A stretch of DNA of 64,000 nucleotides from Saprospira grandis (GTDB lineage: Bacteria; Bacteroidota; Bacteroidia; Chitinophagales; Saprospiraceae), in the NCBI RefSeq assembly GCF_027594745.1, contig NZ_CP110854.1:988241-1052240 (forward strand), written 5' to 3'. The notes beneath the pieces were generated by a model. It was given only the letters and a program-made list of their open reading frames with translations, did no database searches and was not told the origin of the DNA. Both the position numbers and the translations under genes were made by a program. Positions 47,335 to 57,558 of this stretch are shown here, piece by piece. Numbering within the stretch: position 1 is the first letter of the stretch; each line of letters opens with the position of its first letter.

Positions 47335-47496
47335 TGCTTGCAGGGCTTTTGGGCAGCCGCGGGCTGCCTTTGTGGTGGCCTAGCGCTGTGGAGGGGTGGC
47401 CGCAGGCCAGACCGAGCTGGCAAAGCCAGCGAAGGGCCGAGCAGGCTTGCGAGCCCCGCAACATAGCGCCGCAGCTTTGCTGCGGAGGCCCCAAAA
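47335..47496. repeat. GC-rich composite intergenic hairpin repeat
   Basis: Contains ggtggccgcaggccagaccgagctggcaaagccagcgaagggccgagcaggcttgcgagccccgcaacatagcgccgcagc and ggccccaaaacat. Confidence 0.7.
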
Positions 47497-47556
47497 CATA
47501 AAAAAAGCCAACCCTAAAAAAAGAGTTGGCTAAAACTTTATAGAAGCAAAGGCGGC

Positions 47557-48006
47557 TTAGGCCTCTGTATTTTCTTCTTCAGTAGATGTTTCTTCTTCTA
47601 CAACGGGATCGGGTTCTAGGTCAATGATACCCCGATCGTTGAGGAAATTGAACCACTTAATAATTTTCTTGATATCAGAGATCAGTACACGGTCGGTATC
47701 GTGGCTGGGCAAAATTTCTAGAAAATAGCTACGGAGTTCTTGAGGCTTAGCTTTAGAGGTAGGCGTAGGCAACTGCTCGAGTTGGCTAAACATATTGCGA
47801 AACACCTGCTTGAGGTCTACGGTATCCTGTTCATCTTCCGTATAGATAGAGATAGATTCTAGGGGAGTAAACTGGTGTACTCGTCCAGAGGCGAACATTC
47901 TCTTTTTGCTATCTAGCTCTTCTAGAATAAGGCCATTGGGGCGGTTGGCAGCCATGCGATAAATGCCTGGGCGTCCGCTTACCGCCACGAGTCGTTCTAG
48001 GTTCAT
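47557..48006 (-). CDS. Hypothetical acidic protein, 149 aa
   Basis: An ORF with good coding periodicity and no recognisable motifs. Confidence 0.55.
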   Translation of the reverse strand: MNLERLVAVSGRPGIYRMAANRPNGLILEELDSKKRMFASGRVHQFTPLESISIYTEDEQDTVDLKQVFRNMFSQLEQLPTPTSKAKPQELRSYFLEILPSHDTDRVLISDIKKIIKWFNFLNDRGIIDLEPDPVVEEETSTEEENTEA

Positions 48007-48273
48007 TATATATTACATTTATTTAAATAAAATCAAAAGCTAAAAAGGGCTACAATAAGGGCCCTCACAAAAGCATTAGGGTTTTAATGAGGAGAGGCCC
48101 ATTATGGAGCGAAATCCAAAAATACAAATACATTTACTAATGTAAAGGGACAAGCAATTTTTTTTTATCTTGTCCTTAGTCCCTTAGACCTCACTCCATT
48201 CCCCAAAACCAAAAAATTATATTTCAATCTGCGGCCATTGGCAGGGCCAGGCCGGCACAAAAAAAAACACAGT

Positions 48274-49059
48274 ATGAGAACGTTGACTTGTTTAGTATTG
48301 CTGCTCTTGGCAGGCAGTGGGGCATTTGCTCAGAAGGAAAAGGCCAGTGGGGTCAACTCTTTGCAGTATAGCGAGTTTATTCCGGTGGAACCCATTGAGT
48401 TTTATGATAATGTAGAGGTAGCCGATAATGAGGGCAATGTAGATCTGAAGTACATCAAGAGCATGGACAAGCGAGAGCTACTAGAGTACTTGACCAATGA
48501 AACGGTTTTGGTTTCTGTTGCAGAGGTAGATCCGACAGGAAAAATGAGTTTTATTCCGGGTCGAGTATCTGATAAGGGCATGCAATATATTGTGACCATG
48601 GACTACCTCAAGTTTGCCACCTTGGAGGTAAAAAAAGAAGGCGATGTCGCTGGCGAAGCTGCTGCTGGCGTGGGTTTCCGAGTGATCTTAAACATTTCTT
48701 CTCGGGCCAAGGACATCAACCTCAGTGATATTTTTAGTATTGGTATGGCTGCCACCGACAAAAAGGTGTATGGCTCTGTGCGGGTAGAAGCCATTGGTTT
48801 GCACGATCCCGAGGTCACTTCGGTGATTCCTTTGCCTAGCGAAATTAGCGGGGCTTCTATTCAGTCAGTTATGCAAGCCATTACTATTATCAAGTATAAA
48901 ATTTATGATGAAAAGACGCGTCTCAATCCACAAATTGTAGGCGTACGCGGCACCAAAGAGGGCGTAACGCTTCAGGAACTCCGCGAGGCGGTTATGAAGT
49001 ACCATAAGTTGGGCAAGAAAAATGTAGCCACCAACAAAAGTGCCCCCAGAAAGAAATAG
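48274..49059 (+). CDS. Secreted hypothetical protein
   Basis: The signal peptide MRTLTCLVLLLLAGSGAFAQ begins at the internal ATG 48274. Confidence 0.6.
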   Translation: MRTLTCLVLLLLAGSGAFAQKEKASGVNSLQYSEFIPVEPIEFYDNVEVADNEGNVDLKYIKSMDKRELLEYLTNETVLVSVAEVDPTGKMSFIPGRVSDKGMQYIVTMDYLKFATLEVKKEGDVAGEAAAGVGFRVILNISSRAKDINLSDIFSIGMAATDKKVYGSVRVEAIGLHDPEVTSVIPLPSEISGASIQSVMQAITIIKYKIYDEKTRLNPQIVGVRGTKEGVTLQELREAVMKYHKLGKKNVATNKSAPRKK

Positions 49060-49077
49060 TCTAGTCTCTACTGAGCA

Positions 49078-49112
49078 GAAAAAAGGCCAGCGAAATTCGC
49101 TGGCCTTTTTTG
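49078..49112. terminator. Bidirectional rho-independent terminator
   Basis: The hairpin ggccagcgaaattcgctggcc is flanked by an A4 run and a T6 run. It lies between convergent genes. Confidence 0.7.
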
Positions 49113-49121
49113 GTTTATCGA

Positions 49122-50627
49122 TTAAGCGGTGGGAAACAACTCTCGGAGCTTATCGGCAATTTTGCGGTCATCGGATAGACGAGGTACCTTATTTTGTCCT
49201 CCCAGTTTGCCAATAGACTTCATATATTGTCGGAAGGCGTCGGCTGGAACTGGGCGGATTTTTAGTGGCTGCAAGATCTTATCTCGGACCAAATCCTCAT
49301 AATAAATATTTTGTTTGCGCATAGCCAAATCGAGGCGCTCGGCCAGCAGCTCCAAGTTTTCTGGCAGCTGATCAAAGGCAACCCACCATTCGTGATAAGG
49401 CTTCCCCCCTTCTGGGGGCGTTACCTGTGGGGCCACCGAAAACTCCACCACCTTGGCGGGTTCTACCTCTAGGGCCTCTAAAAGGGCCTGCTCCACCTCT
49501 TTGCCAATCACATGCTCTCCAAAGGCCGAAATATAATGCTTGATGCGGCCCGTGACCAAAATCCGATAAGGGTCTTTAGAGATAAACTGCACCGTATCGC
49601 CAATGCTATAGCCCCAAAGCCCCGCATTGGTATTTAATACTAGGGCGTAATTTACGCCCAGCTCCACCTCGGCCAAAGAAAGGCGGGGCGGGTTTTCAGA
49701 AAAGTATTGGTCGGCAGGCACAAACTCGAAGAAAATGCCCGAATTGATATTGAGCAAAAGCCCGGGCGCATCTTGCTGGTCCTGATAGGCAATAAAGCCC
49801 TCCGAGGCGGGATAAGTCTCTACAGAGGGAATTCGCCCCCCCACCAAAGACTCTAATTTCTCTCGATAGGGCTCAAAATTGACGCCCCCATAAACAAAGA
49901 TAGAGAGATTGGGAAAAACCTCTAAAACGGTCTTCTTGCCCGTCCGCTCCAATAGGCGCTCATAATACATTTGTACCCAAGGCGGAATCCCCGAAATTAA
50001 ACGCATATCCGCATCCTTGGTCTCTTCTACAATGCGGTCCAGCTTTTCTTCCCAATCTTCTATGCAGTTGGTTTCATAAGAAGGCAGCTGGTTTCCTTTT
50101 AACCAACTGGGCACCAAATGGTTAGAAATACCAGAAAGCCGACCGAGCAAAATGTCGCCCTTTTTCTCTAGTGCTGGAGAGCCCGACAAAAAGATCATTT
50201 TCCCATCCATAAAATCGGCCTTGCCCGTCTGGGCAATATAATTAAATACCGAATTTCGGGCTGTTCCAAAATGGTTGGGAATACTTTCTTTGGTTAGGGG
50301 AATAAATTTGGCTCCCGAAGTCGTGCCCGAAGTTTTTGCATAATATTTGGGCCGACCTTTCCAAAGTACATTTTCCTCTCCCGCATTGATGCGCTCCACA
50401 TAAGGCCGCAAAGCCTCATAATCAACCAAAGGCACCTGCTGCTTAAAGCTGGCATAATCTACAATTTTATCAAATTGATGGTCCTTGCCATAAGCCGTTG
50501 TTTGGCCCACCGCCACCAATTCTTGCCGGATTTTCTCCTGATAGTCCAGCCCCTTTAGCGCTTGCCCATTTTTTTGCTTACTGATGTAGCGAGCTAGCTG
50601 CTTTATAAGGAAAGATTTTATAGACAT
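49122..50627 (-). CDS. GH3 family acyl-acid amido synthetase-like (ANL superfamily) protein
   Basis: The length is about 500 aa and the P-loop-like YAKTSGTTSGAKFIPLTKES is present. Such bacterial GH3 homologs are common in Bacteroidota. Confidence 0.7.
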   Translation of the reverse strand: MSIKSFLIKQLARYISKQKNGQALKGLDYQEKIRQELVAVGQTTAYGKDHQFDKIVDYASFKQQVPLVDYEALRPYVERINAGEENVLWKGRPKYYAKTSGTTSGAKFIPLTKESIPNHFGTARNSVFNYIAQTGKADFMDGKMIFLSGSPALEKKGDILLGRLSGISNHLVPSWLKGNQLPSYETNCIEDWEEKLDRIVEETKDADMRLISGIPPWVQMYYERLLERTGKKTVLEVFPNLSIFVYGGVNFEPYREKLESLVGGRIPSVETYPASEGFIAYQDQQDAPGLLLNINSGIFFEFVPADQYFSENPPRLSLAEVELGVNYALVLNTNAGLWGYSIGDTVQFISKDPYRILVTGRIKHYISAFGEHVIGKEVEQALLEALEVEPAKVVEFSVAPQVTPPEGGKPYHEWWVAFDQLPENLELLAERLDLAMRKQNIYYEDLVRDKILQPLKIRPVPADAFRQYMKSIGKLGGQNKVPRLSDDRKIADKLRELFPTA

Positions 50628-50697
50628 GAATATATTTTTTGATGATTTCTTAAAGGCGAAGATCCAAAATCAGGGGCAAAGGCAAAAGTATTTTCCT

Positions 50698-50875
50698 ATT
50701 TTTTTGGGGCTGCCCCTCGCTGCGCTCGGGTCGGGCTGTCTCGCAGCTCGATCTTCGCTCGGCCCTGCAAGCTTTTTCGCTGCGCTTCAAAAGCTTTGGG
50801 TCTGCCGCCTGCGGCGGCCCTGCTGCCCATCCCTCAGCCTGCGGCCCTATCGGGCCTGTAGGACCGAAAAAGGCC
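50698..50875. repeat. GC-rich composite intergenic hairpin repeat
   Basis: Contains ttttggggctgcccctcgctgcgctcgggtcgggctgtctcgcagctcgatcttcgctcggccctgcaag and gccgcctgcggcggccctgc. It is related to the copy at 11698..11872. Confidence 0.7.
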
Positions 50876-51013
50876 AAAACATAAATTTTATAGATTAAAT
50901 ATAGAAATTAGACTAAAGCCCTGCTTTTCGGCAAGTTTTCTTATATTTGCCCACTGTTAAAGTAAGATACAAAACTGTTGTCCATCATTTTATTTCATAC
51001 AAAAATTGTCAGA

Positions 51014-52708
51014 ATGAAGAAGTTATATTTAAGCTGCTTATTGATGCTCTTGAGCTTTGGCATGGCCTCTGCCCAAGACTTGCAAGATAGCTTTGAACTT
51101 TACTTCGAGTTTAATCGTGCTATCCTAAAACAGGAAAGTAAAACGCAGATCGACTCTTTCTTGGAGGCCACTAAAGGCCGCCGTCTTGGTGTACGTATCG
51201 CAGGTTATACTTGTGATATCGGAACCGAAAACTACAACATGGGCCTCTCTGAGCGCCGTGCTGAATCTGCCTTTGAATACCTCAAGGAAGTCGGAGAACC
51301 CGAAGATAAAATGGAGCTATTCTTCTACGGAGAAAAAGATCTTAAGTACGGTCAAGGCGGTGTAGCCGAAAACCGTCGTGTGTATTTCCTCTTCACACTA
51401 GAAGATGATGACCGCGATACCCTTTTGCAAAAAGGTTGCTTGGAAGTATTCGTAGAAAAAGGAACCTTCAAGCCTAAAAAGAATAAAGACATTACCTTTA
51501 CTTACAAAAGCTTGTCTACTGCTCGTGAAGTAGCTCAGGCCGGTATCAAAATGGAAGACGAAAACGGCAAAGGCGTTTATGCCAATGCTATCGCTTACTT
51601 TGATGCTAAAGTAGATGGCAATGCACTAGAAGCTGGCAAAACCCTTAAGGTGAAAATGCCCGCAGTTGGCGAAGATGCCGAAGGCTTTATGCTTTATACT
51701 GGCGTAGATAATGGCGGAACAATTACTTGGAAAAGCACAGGTAAGCCCTGTGGTAGCCTAGTAAAAGAAGGCGATTGCTCTACCTATAACTTCGAAATGG
51801 AAGTAAACGGCTACTGTGGCTGCCTTAAGCCCCGCGCTTGTGAAGAAGATTGTAGCGAAGACCCCTTCGGTGGTGAGCGTCTACCCAATCTAGAAGCTGC
51901 CGATATCCGCTATAGCAGCGAAGGTTCTGTGGCCCAAATCAAAGATGGTACTTATACTCAAGACATCGCCAACATGGATGTTCAAGTAGTAGATGAGCCC
52001 AACAAAGAGTCTGATTGCGACATCTGCGAGCAGTTCCAGTACGGTATCGCTACCGAAGATTGGTTCCCCGCTTATGCTAACATGAATGATAGCAAAAACG
52101 TAATCGTTAAGGCTAAAAACTCTGCTGGCGAAGCTCAGCAAGGTGATGGCAACCGTGGCATGCGCATTATGCTTCCCCGCGATAAAGTAACTGAAACTAA
52201 CCCTGTTTTGCTTACTGGCCGCCTTACAAAGCAAGGCTACATGAAGTGGGAAACTTCTAAGTATGAGCAAGCTACTTGCCTTGGTCCTATCAACTGTGAT
52301 TATATCGTTTTTGATGTTCCTGCTACGGGTAACTACAAGTTGGGCGAATGGAATGAAGAGCCTAAAGCTCCAGGTGAAGATACTTATGTACTCAAAACTC
52401 GTGTACTCCGTAACTCTACTATCCTTGTAGCCAACAAGAAAACAGGCTATGTTTACCGTGCGAAAAATGTAACTCGCAAAGGTAAAACTCGTACCAAAGA
52501 GTACCACATCCGCCAAGATGATAACATGGATGATATCATCATTCTTCAGCGCTACCAGCACAAGAAGAAGGCACAGAAAAAGCGTTATGCTGAGGTGAAA
52601 TTGACTGACCTTAAGTATAAGAAGAAAAAGAAAATGTACGTACTCCGTAAGCGTACTAGCAAGAAAATCAAAGAGTGGGACGAAATGGACCTCAACCTTT
52701 GTAAATAA
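51014..52708 (+). CDS. Secreted OmpA-like domain protein with a long Cys-rich C-terminal region
   Basis: A signal peptide is present (MKKLYLSCLLMLLSFGMASAQ). The N-terminal OmpA_C-like PG-binding motif is GYTCDIGTENYNMGLSERRAESAFEYL. The C-terminal 400 aa contain multiple paired Cys. Confidence 0.7.
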   Translation: MKKLYLSCLLMLLSFGMASAQDLQDSFELYFEFNRAILKQESKTQIDSFLEATKGRRLGVRIAGYTCDIGTENYNMGLSERRAESAFEYLKEVGEPEDKMELFFYGEKDLKYGQGGVAENRRVYFLFTLEDDDRDTLLQKGCLEVFVEKGTFKPKKNKDITFTYKSLSTAREVAQAGIKMEDENGKGVYANAIAYFDAKVDGNALEAGKTLKVKMPAVGEDAEGFMLYTGVDNGGTITWKSTGKPCGSLVKEGDCSTYNFEMEVNGYCGCLKPRACEEDCSEDPFGGERLPNLEAADIRYSSEGSVAQIKDGTYTQDIANMDVQVVDEPNKESDCDICEQFQYGIATEDWFPAYANMNDSKNVIVKAKNSAGEAQQGDGNRGMRIMLPRDKVTETNPVLLTGRLTKQGYMKWETSKYEQATCLGPINCDYIVFDVPATGNYKLGEWNEEPKAPGEDTYVLKTRVLRNSTILVANKKTGYVYRAKNVTRKGKTRTKEYHIRQDDNMDDIIILQRYQHKKKAQKKRYAEVKLTDLKYKKKKKMYVLRKRTSKKIKEWDEMDLNLCK

Positions 52709-52729
52709 TTGCTTCTTTAAGCTTTAATT

Positions 52730-52766
52730 TTAAGGGCCCGCTGCTGTAGCAGCGGGCCCTTTTTAT
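52730..52766 (+). terminator. Rho-independent terminator
   Basis: The hairpin gggcccgctgc-tgta-gcagcgggccc is followed by a T5 run. Confidence 0.7.
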
Positions 52767-52784
52767 CATGATAAATACCTAATT

Positions 52785-53255
52785 ATGTCTATTCAAATTC
52801 GCCCAGGTAACCCCCAAGATATTCCCGCCATTCATGCCCTTGTCCGAGAGCTCGCTATTTATGAACAAGCAGAAGCCGAGCATACGGTAAGTATAGAAGA
52901 AATGAAAGGACACGCCTTTGGCCCCCAAGCCTATTTCTCTTTCCTAGTAGCCGAAAATGAGCAGGGCCAAATTTTGGGAATGGCGCTTTATTTCTTTAGT
53001 TATTCTACCTGGAAAGGCCCCTGCCTCTATCTAGAAGATTTGGTGGTTAAGGAAGATTGCCGCCGCCAAGGTATTGGCCAACTCCTTTTTGATGAACTCC
53101 TGCATATTGCTAAAACAAAAAAAGTGGGCCGAATGAGCTGGCAGGTACTCGATTGGAATGCGCCCGCTATTGCTTTTTATAAAAAACTAGGTGCTCAACT
53201 TGATGAAAGCTGGATTAACTGTCAATTTAGAAAAGAATTTATTGAAAACTATTAA
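52785..53255 (+). CDS. GNAT family N-acetyltransferase
   Basis: The acetyl-CoA binding motif RRQGIGQLLFDELLHIAK and the ..AFYKKLGA motif are present. Confidence 0.8.
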   Translation: MSIQIRPGNPQDIPAIHALVRELAIYEQAEAEHTVSIEEMKGHAFGPQAYFSFLVAENEQGQILGMALYFFSYSTWKGPCLYLEDLVVKEDCRRQGIGQLLFDELLHIAKTKKVGRMSWQVLDWNAPAIAFYKKLGAQLDESWINCQFRKEFIENY

Positions 53256-54033
53256 GCTATTTCTATTGCTACTTTTGGCCCTCCCACTAAAGGCCCAAAT
53301 CTTAAATGCCGATGCACTGGCCCCAAAACTAGACTCTAGCCGAGCCTTTCATTTATTTGGCCAAGGAAATCTAAGCATCACAAAATGAAATTATACCCCC
53401 ATCTATAGCTTTACTGGCCAAGCCGAATGGGCCTACCGCTCTGGCCAACACCGCCTAATGCATAGCAATTATTACCGCCTGCTCCGATCGGCTGGAAAAA
53501 ACACCCTAAATAGCGGCTATACCCATCTACGCTACCGCTTAGAACCCGAAGAAGGCCTGCAATATGAACTTTTTGCCCAATTTCAAGGCGATCAAATTCG
53601 GGGAATGCAAGAGCGCTATCTCTTGGGCGGAAACCTGCGCTTAAAGCTTTGGCAAAAAGAGAAAACGAACCTCTTTTTGGGCCTAGGGGGCATGTATGAA
53701 TCAGAAAAATGGACCTATTCCGCTGTGGAGGATAGCCTGCTCCCCGCCGATATTAGTGATTTTTATACCCAATATGCTAAGCTCAATTTTTACTTGAGCT
53801 ACTGGGAGGATTTTAACCCAAAACTACGCACTCAATTGGTCCTTTATCTACAAACAAGGCCCGATAGCGAATGGCAAAAGGCCCGCATTTTTGTTTCTAA
53901 TGAATGGAGCTGGAAAATAGCCAAACATTGGGCGCTGGCCTTTGGAGCCCAACTCAATTATGAGCTAGCCCCGCCTGTTCCCCTTGCTAAGTTTTATTAT
54001 ACTACCTCTTGGGCCCTAAAGTATAGCTGGTAG
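53191..54033 (+). pseudogene. DUF2490-like secreted protein interrupted by a single in-frame TGA (53386-53388)
   Basis: ORFs 53191..53388 and 53458..54033 are in the same frame. The sequence between them is stop-free and reads ..SITK*NYTPIYSFTGQAEWAYRSGQHRLMHSNYY.. It is a paralog of 22126..22884. The 5' end overlaps the GNAT gene by about 60 nt, so the true start is uncertain. Confidence 0.5.
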
Positions 54034-54042
54034 CTAACGGTC

Positions 54043-54190
54043 CTACAGGCGGCAAAGCCGCCGCAGGCTGAGGGGCTGTAGCAGGGCCGCCGAAGGCGGC
54101 AGACCAAAGCCCGAAGGGCTGCAGGGCCGAGCAGACCTGCGAGCTGCGCAATGGCCCGACCCGAATGCAATGAGGGGCAGCCCCAAAAAA
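54043..54190. repeat. GC-rich composite intergenic hairpin repeat
   Basis: Nearly identical to the copy at 43690..43838. Confidence 0.75.
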
Positions 54191-54220
54191 AAGACGACCT
54201 AAAATAGATCGTCTAAAAGA

Positions 54221-54748
54221 TTAGTAGAGTTGTTCTAGCCCTTTTAAAGGCCCCATTTGCTCCTCTATCTCATTTTCCCAACTTTGCTCCAAGCGTCGGC
54301 CCAGATGCAAAAAGAGCTTTCGGTCTTTGGGCGTCCACTCGCAGCGGGCGCCCTTGTTGCTGTTCAGAACCCGCTCTTCAGATAGTGCTGTGTACAAAAT
54401 ATGTTCATTTTCATCCATCTCGAAGTGTAGGGCCTGCAACAGCCGCTCTTTGTCCTCAAAATGGCCCTGAATGCGCAGCAAGGCCTGCCCTCGAATTTTC
54501 TTGAGCTTGATTTTTTCAATCTTTAACCCCAATTCCTCATGATGAAAAGGGAGCTTGCTCTCTAGCCGAGCCACAAACTCTTGGGCTTGGGCCTCTGCCT
54601 TTTCGGGATATTGAAGATGAACAAACTCCATTTTGAAGCTTTGCTTTTTAAAATCGAGTTCCAAAAGGGCCTCTTCGGCCAAAACTGGGCTTTGCATTTG
54701 GAACAAAAGCGCCGTGAAAAAAAGGAGTTCGTTGAGTAAAATAGCCAT
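54221..54748 (-). CDS. Secreted hypothetical protein
   Basis: A signal peptide (MAILLNELLFFTALLFQMQSPVLA) precedes a 175-aa protein. Confidence 0.55.
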   Translation of the reverse strand: MAILLNELLFFTALLFQMQSPVLAEEALLELDFKKQSFKMEFVHLQYPEKAEAQAQEFVARLESKLPFHHEELGLKIEKIKLKKIRGQALLRIQGHFEDKERLLQALHFEMDENEHILYTALSEERVLNSNKGARCEWTPKDRKLFLHLGRRLEQSWENEIEEQMGPLKGLEQLY

Positions 54749-54753
54749 GCTGC

Positions 54754-55209
54754 TTACTTTTTTGATTCATAAATAGAGATCCAAGCCTGAGGGGTCATTT
54801 TTTGGGCCAATTCTTCAATAAGGGGCCAAGGAATATGCCCCGCTTTTTTCCAACGAATACAGCTTTTCCCCATATTTAGCTTGTATTTGCTGCCTGCGGC
54901 ATAGGCTGCTGTCCACCAATTGAGTAGCTCCTCATCGGCATAAAGCCCAAAGTGATATAGGGCCAAATGACTTTTTTGAGCTGCCAAACTGATGAAGGGC
55001 AAGGGCTGCCCCGGCTTCGCATGATAGCCCTGCGGATAACGGCTCAAAGGAACCTCAAAATGCAACATTCGCCCATCAAAACGCTCTGTAAAGCCAGTAG
55101 GTAGCTGCTGCCGAAGTAATTCGGCTAGTTTTTCAAGCGCTTGGGCCTTTTCTTCAGGCAATTGCGCTAAATAGTCGCTGAAATTCATAGAAAACTTTTT
55201 TTTGAACAA
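54754..55209 (-). CDS. Hypothetical protein, possibly DUF1801/YdhG-like
   Basis: A 151-aa ORF lying 5 bp upstream of the previous gene, so likely an operon. The family assignment is tentative. Confidence 0.5.
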   Translation of the reverse strand: MFKKKFSMNFSDYLAQLPEEKAQALEKLAELLRQQLPTGFTERFDGRMLHFEVPLSRYPQGYHAKPGQPLPFISLAAQKSHLALYHFGLYADEELLNWWTAAYAAGSKYKLNMGKSCIRWKKAGHIPWPLIEELAQKMTPQAWISIYESKK

Positions 55210-55255
55210 ACATTTAGTTTATTTTAAAGGAGTTTTTCACTACATACTATAAGTT

Positions 55256-56708
55256 ATGAACAAGATACCGAATAAAGGCCAAGATCAGCAGCAAATTTTA
55301 GCGCAATTAAAGGCCTTTAAGGGACAAGATTTGCCCTGGCAAGCTGGAAAAATCTTCGCCTATATTTACCAAACCACCCCCGAGGCTAAGGCGGTGGCCG
55401 AGGCGGCTTACCTTTCTTTTTTGCCCGAAAATGGCTTGGACCCCACGGCTTTTCCCTCCCTTTTGCATTTGGAGCAGCAGATTATTGGACAGCTAGCGCC
55501 TTTGTTGGGCGGTAATGAGGAGGTTAAGGGTAATTGTACCTCTGGCGGGACCGAAAGCGTGATTTTGGCGGTAAAGGCGGCCCGAGATTATGCCCGAGCC
55601 AAGTATCCCAATCAAAAAGAGTTTGAAATTTTGGTCCCTTCTACGGCACATCCTTGCTTTTATAAGGCGGCTCATTATTTAAATATTGGCATTCAAGCTA
55701 TAGATGTAGACCCGCAAACGCAGCGCCTAAAGGTGGCCGATATGCGGGCCGCTATTAGCGAAAAGACGATTTTGTTGGTGGGCTCTGCGCCTTCTTATGC
55801 GCATGGCGTGATGGACCCCATCGCCGAGCTTTCTGATTTGGCCCTAGAAAAAGATTTGCTTTTGCATGTAGATGCTTGCGTGGGCGGTATGTATTTGCCC
55901 TTTTTTGCGGCAGTTGGGCCATGAGGTTCCGCCTTTTGGCTTTGAGTTGCCAGGCGTGACCTCTATTTCTTGCGATTTGCATAAGTTTGGCTATGTGCCC
56001 AAGGGCTGCTCTACGATTTTGTACCGCAATAAGGAGCTCCGCCAACATCAGATTTTTAGTTGCTCGCAATGGCCGGGCTATACGGTGGTCAATCCCACAG
56101 TTTTATCGAGTAAAACAGGGGCGCCTATGGCGGCTGCTTGGGCCATGTTTCAATATATGGGCCTAGAGGGCTACCAAAATGCGGTGGCAGATTGCCAGGC
56201 GGCTAGAGATGCTGTGATTGCAGCTTTGGAGCAGTTGCCTAGCTTAGCACTGATTGGCCAGCCCGATATGAGTTTGCTGGCTTTTGCGAGTAAAGATGAG
56301 GATCTCAGCATTTTTGATTTGGCCGATCAGCTCAATGAAAAGGGCTGGTATGTGCAAGTTCAATTGGCGAGCCCGCATTCTCCTGCAGCTATTCATTTGA
56401 GCATTAGCCATTTTAATTGCCCACATATTCCAAGTTTTGTCGCTGATTTGCAGGAAACTGTAGCCGAGCTCATGAGTAATCCTGTAGAAGAAAATGAGCT
56501 ATTAGCTGCCCTCGACCATTCGATGCTGGCCCTTTTGATGGAAGATTTTGATCCCGCTATGTTGGGCCAATTTCAAGAATTGATGGGCCTAGAGTCTGCA
56601 GAAGGTGGCTTACCGGCCGATATGGGCGCCGTCAATCAATTGCTCAATGTTCTTTCGGCCAAGCAACGAGAAGATGTTTTGCTGGCCTTTATGAATGAGT
56701 TGATTTAA
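55256..56708 (+). pseudogene. PLP-dependent group II decarboxylase-like protein (glutamate decarboxylase / sphinganine-phosphate lyase family), frameshifted
   Basis: Two overlapping ORFs (55256..55924 and 55872..56708) in different frames encode the N-terminal (GGTESVILAVKAAR) and C-terminal (SISCDLHKFGY, the PLP-lysine motif) halves. The shift is near a T6 run at about 55895. Confidence 0.7.
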
Positions 56709-56709
56709 T

Positions 56710-56985
56710 TTTTGGGGCCTGCCGCCTTCGGCGGCCGGGCTATTGCGCAGCTCGCAAGTCTGCTCGGCCCTGCGCGGGCTTTGCCCGCTGGCTCGGCGGC
56801 TTTGCCGCCCTGCTGCATATCCCTAGGCCGCTCATCCGATGAGCATTTTTTGCAGCTGTCGCCTTTGGCCCTAAAACGGCCCCTTTTAAGCGGTATTCCT
56901 CGCTTCGCTCCTCATTCCTTAATATTAACCCGCCCACCCTCCCCTCCAATGGATTCCCTAAGGAATCCATTGGGGGAGTTTGGGC
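56710..56985. repeat. GC-rich composite intergenic hairpin repeat
   Basis: Contains ttttggggcctgccgccttcggcggcc, ttgcgcagctcgcaagtctgctcggccctgcgcgggctttgcccgc and the tggattccctaaggaatcca palindrome. Confidence 0.7.
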
Positions 56986-57029
56986 CAGTATTAAAAATGC
57001 CGCTCCTTTTTAGGAGCGGCATTTTTTCT

Positions 57030-57557
57030 TTACTTCTTTTGCTCGACAAACTGCAAACAGGCCGAGTTAATACAATAACGCAAGCCCGTTGGCTTGGGCC
57101 CATCGTCAAAAACATGGCCCAAATGGCTCTTACAACGGGGACAATGAATTTCGATCTGCTTACCCGTCCAGCCATACTCTTCTTGGGCCTCAATATTTTT
57201 GGGATCAAAAATATCCCAGAAGCTAGGCCAGCCCGAACCCGAATCAAACTTATGGGCCGATTTAAAAAGGGGAAGCGCACAAGCCTTACAGCAATAGGTC
57301 CCTTCCTTTTTATTATCCAGCAAGGCGCCTGTAAAGGCACGCTCGGTCCCTTTTTGGCGAAGGATTTTATACTCTAGCTCGGTCAGTTGGTTTTGCCATT
57401 CCGCCTCCGACTTTTCAATGGTTTTGCCATCAAAAATGAGTTGGGGGTCAATCAGGCTATCATTGGCCATTTTGCTGGCTTCTTGGCCCTTAACGGCCGT
57501 GCCGCAGCTCGTTAGACTGAGGCCAAAAGCGATAAGAATACAGATTATCCAAGGCAT
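57030..57557 (-). CDS. msrB: Peptide methionine sulfoxide reductase MsrB, lipoprotein form
   Basis: A lipoprotein signal is present (MPWIICILIAFGLSLTSC). The SelR motifs include two CxxC pairs and RYCINSA. The start is at internal ATG 57557. Confidence 0.85.
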   Translation of the reverse strand: MPWIICILIAFGLSLTSCGTAVKGQEASKMANDSLIDPQLIFDGKTIEKSEAEWQNQLTELEYKILRQKGTERAFTGALLDNKKEGTYCCKACALPLFKSAHKFDSGSGWPSFWDIFDPKNIEAQEEYGWTGKQIEIHCPRCKSHLGHVFDDGPKPTGLRYCINSACLQFVEQKK

Positions 57558-57558
57558 A

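Noticed and set aside
53386-53388. Selenocysteine or alternative-code reading of the in-frame TGA in the DUF2490-like gene
   Set aside because: No SECIS-like stem-loop is evident immediately downstream. TGA is used as a normal stop by other genes in the window. A full-length paralog exists, so nonsense mutation or sequencing error is the simpler explanation.
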